Assembly (NCBI RefSeq): GCF_009914755.1
Contig: NC_060943.1
Strand: one strand, 5' to 3'
Length of the DNA stretch: 64,000 nt
From: the human T2T-CHM13v2.0 reference genome, Homo sapiens
The notes below the pieces were generated by a model. The model was not told the DNA's origin. It ran no database searches and was given only the letters and a program-made list of their open reading frames with translations. Positions within the stretch are counted from its first letter, which is position 1, and each line of letters opens with the position of its first letter. The translations under genes were made by a program, and so were the position numbers. Below, in pieces: positions 43,997-64,000 of the stretch.

Positions 43997-44215
43997 CTAA
44001 GTGCAGGGAAAGGGAGCAGGATTAGCATCCACCAGGATGCAAAAGAGGAAAGTCACTTCCAGGGAAAAAGATGACGGACGTACCACTAAAGGCAGTGTGG
44101 ATGGGAAGGCGGATGCCTCTGGAGGCCTACCTCTGGGAGCCCTGCCAGAGTCTGACGGCAGGACTCAGGACTGACTGGGGGAAGGGAGTGAGGAAGAGAG
44201 GAGACCAAGAGATGT

Positions 44216-60264
<16,049 letters not shown>

Positions 60265-60600
60265 GCTTCCCGCGTGGGGTGAGGAGGCCGGGGGTCTTGC
60301 AAGAGTAGGGCTCAGCTCCTCCCCTTGCCCAGGACTCCAGCTTCTCAGCCCCTAGGGAGCTGGGGCCTCCTCGGTGCTTGGGAAGGAAAGAGGAACTGCC
60401 CCTCCCCACCCACCCTCAGGCCAGGGGGAAGGAAGAGGCTGGGGAGAGACCGAAGGCCCCCCTCCCCCACACGGGGATCCCTTCTGCTGAGGTTTCCGGC
60501 ATCGCTGGCTCTCCCACCCTCAAGCTCCCCGGCGGGCTCTCTATCTCCCCCATCTTTCGGTGTCGAGACCCGTCACTGTCATACTTCAATAAAAGAAGGG
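60265..60600 (-). promoter_or_regulatory. RASGRP4 5'UTR/promoter
   Basis: Upstream of the ATG. PU.1-like AAAGAGGAACT (60387-60397), ETS-like TTTCCGG (~60493), C/EBP-like palindrome TCTTGCAAGA (60295-60304). Confidence 0.55.
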
Positions 60601-60898
60601 GCTTTTCTTTTTAAAGCATGACTGATATTTATGTAAAAACACACACACTCACTCAAAAAGATAAGTCTGTCTGTCTAGAAGGACATATTCATATATATAA
60701 TTCATGAAGGTTTGAATGGAAACTCACAAGACATAGTATTTTGTATATTTCTTCATAGGCGTCTCTTATTCCTAGTTTAAGTGATACCATTTGTACCCTG
60801 GAAAACATTTTCACTTTCTGACTTTATTGTAACAAACCTCCACATAGCACCTACTGTGTACCACACACTGCTGTAAGGACTTTAAAAATATTAACTCA

Positions 60899-61636
<738 letters not shown>

Positions 61637-61799
61637 TTAAGCAGGGTGTGACCAATATGACACGTTGTCGAGTTTCGTCCAAACTGCTGTCTGTGCGTTT
61701 AAGCACATCATATAAACATGTGCTCCTAGAAACAGACTTTTCTTTTGAGTGTGCATTTTTTTCTTTTTACCTAAATGTGTCATGCTCGACACTTTTTTT

Positions 61800-63640
<1,841 letters not shown>

Positions 63641-64000
63641 GCGATGTTACCATAGCTTCAGACTCTCTCTTCCTGCCCGTTTTCACCCTCTCTCCCCCTG
63701 GCCTCATGGTGTTCTGTCTGACTCTCTCAGACCATCTCCTGTAGCACCTGCGTCTTGAATGTGACTTAACAATCCTGGCTGAGCAGAGACTTCGTAGTGT
63801 GGCAGTGTCTCCAGGCCCTGGGGACCCAGAAAAGCCTCAAGGAGGAGGTCAGAAATCCTGGCACTTGTTTCTACTGTACACAGGCAGCCTTAGTCCTCGG
63901 GCTGGCCAAGAATACCCACAATACCAGTGCTGATGACTACAAAGGAAGGGACTTCTGAATCAAACCACAGAAACTCCTAAGGCAGAAAAATGATGGACAT

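Overview
Gene-dense, GC- and Alu-rich human genomic DNA. The recognisable proteins place it at chr19q13.2. Gene order: last 7 coding exons of CATSPERG (+), PSMD8 (+, 7 exons, 350 aa), GGN (-, 652 aa), SPRED3 (+, 410 aa; head-to-head with GGN), FAM98C (+, 8 exons, 349 aa) and RASGRP4 (-, 17 coding exons, 673 aa; tail-to-tail with FAM98C). I assembled each CDS by hand from splice sites, and every complete one sums to an intact frame. Most small ORFs in the track are Alu or GC-rich shadow frames. I see no wholly new gene system. The best leads are RNA-processing structures: (1) a three-copy direct/inverted non-Alu repeat around the last CATSPERG exons that could loop out exons to give a TM-less, NMD-immune isoform or a circRNA; (2) a minor-spliceosome intron in RASGRP4 with non-canonical AT-AA ends; (3) an alternative SPRED3 frame that stays open across two exons; (4) a compact bidirectional polyA element shared by FAM98C and RASGRP4; (5) a CRE-bearing CpG-rich promoter-like element inside RASGRP4 intron 7.
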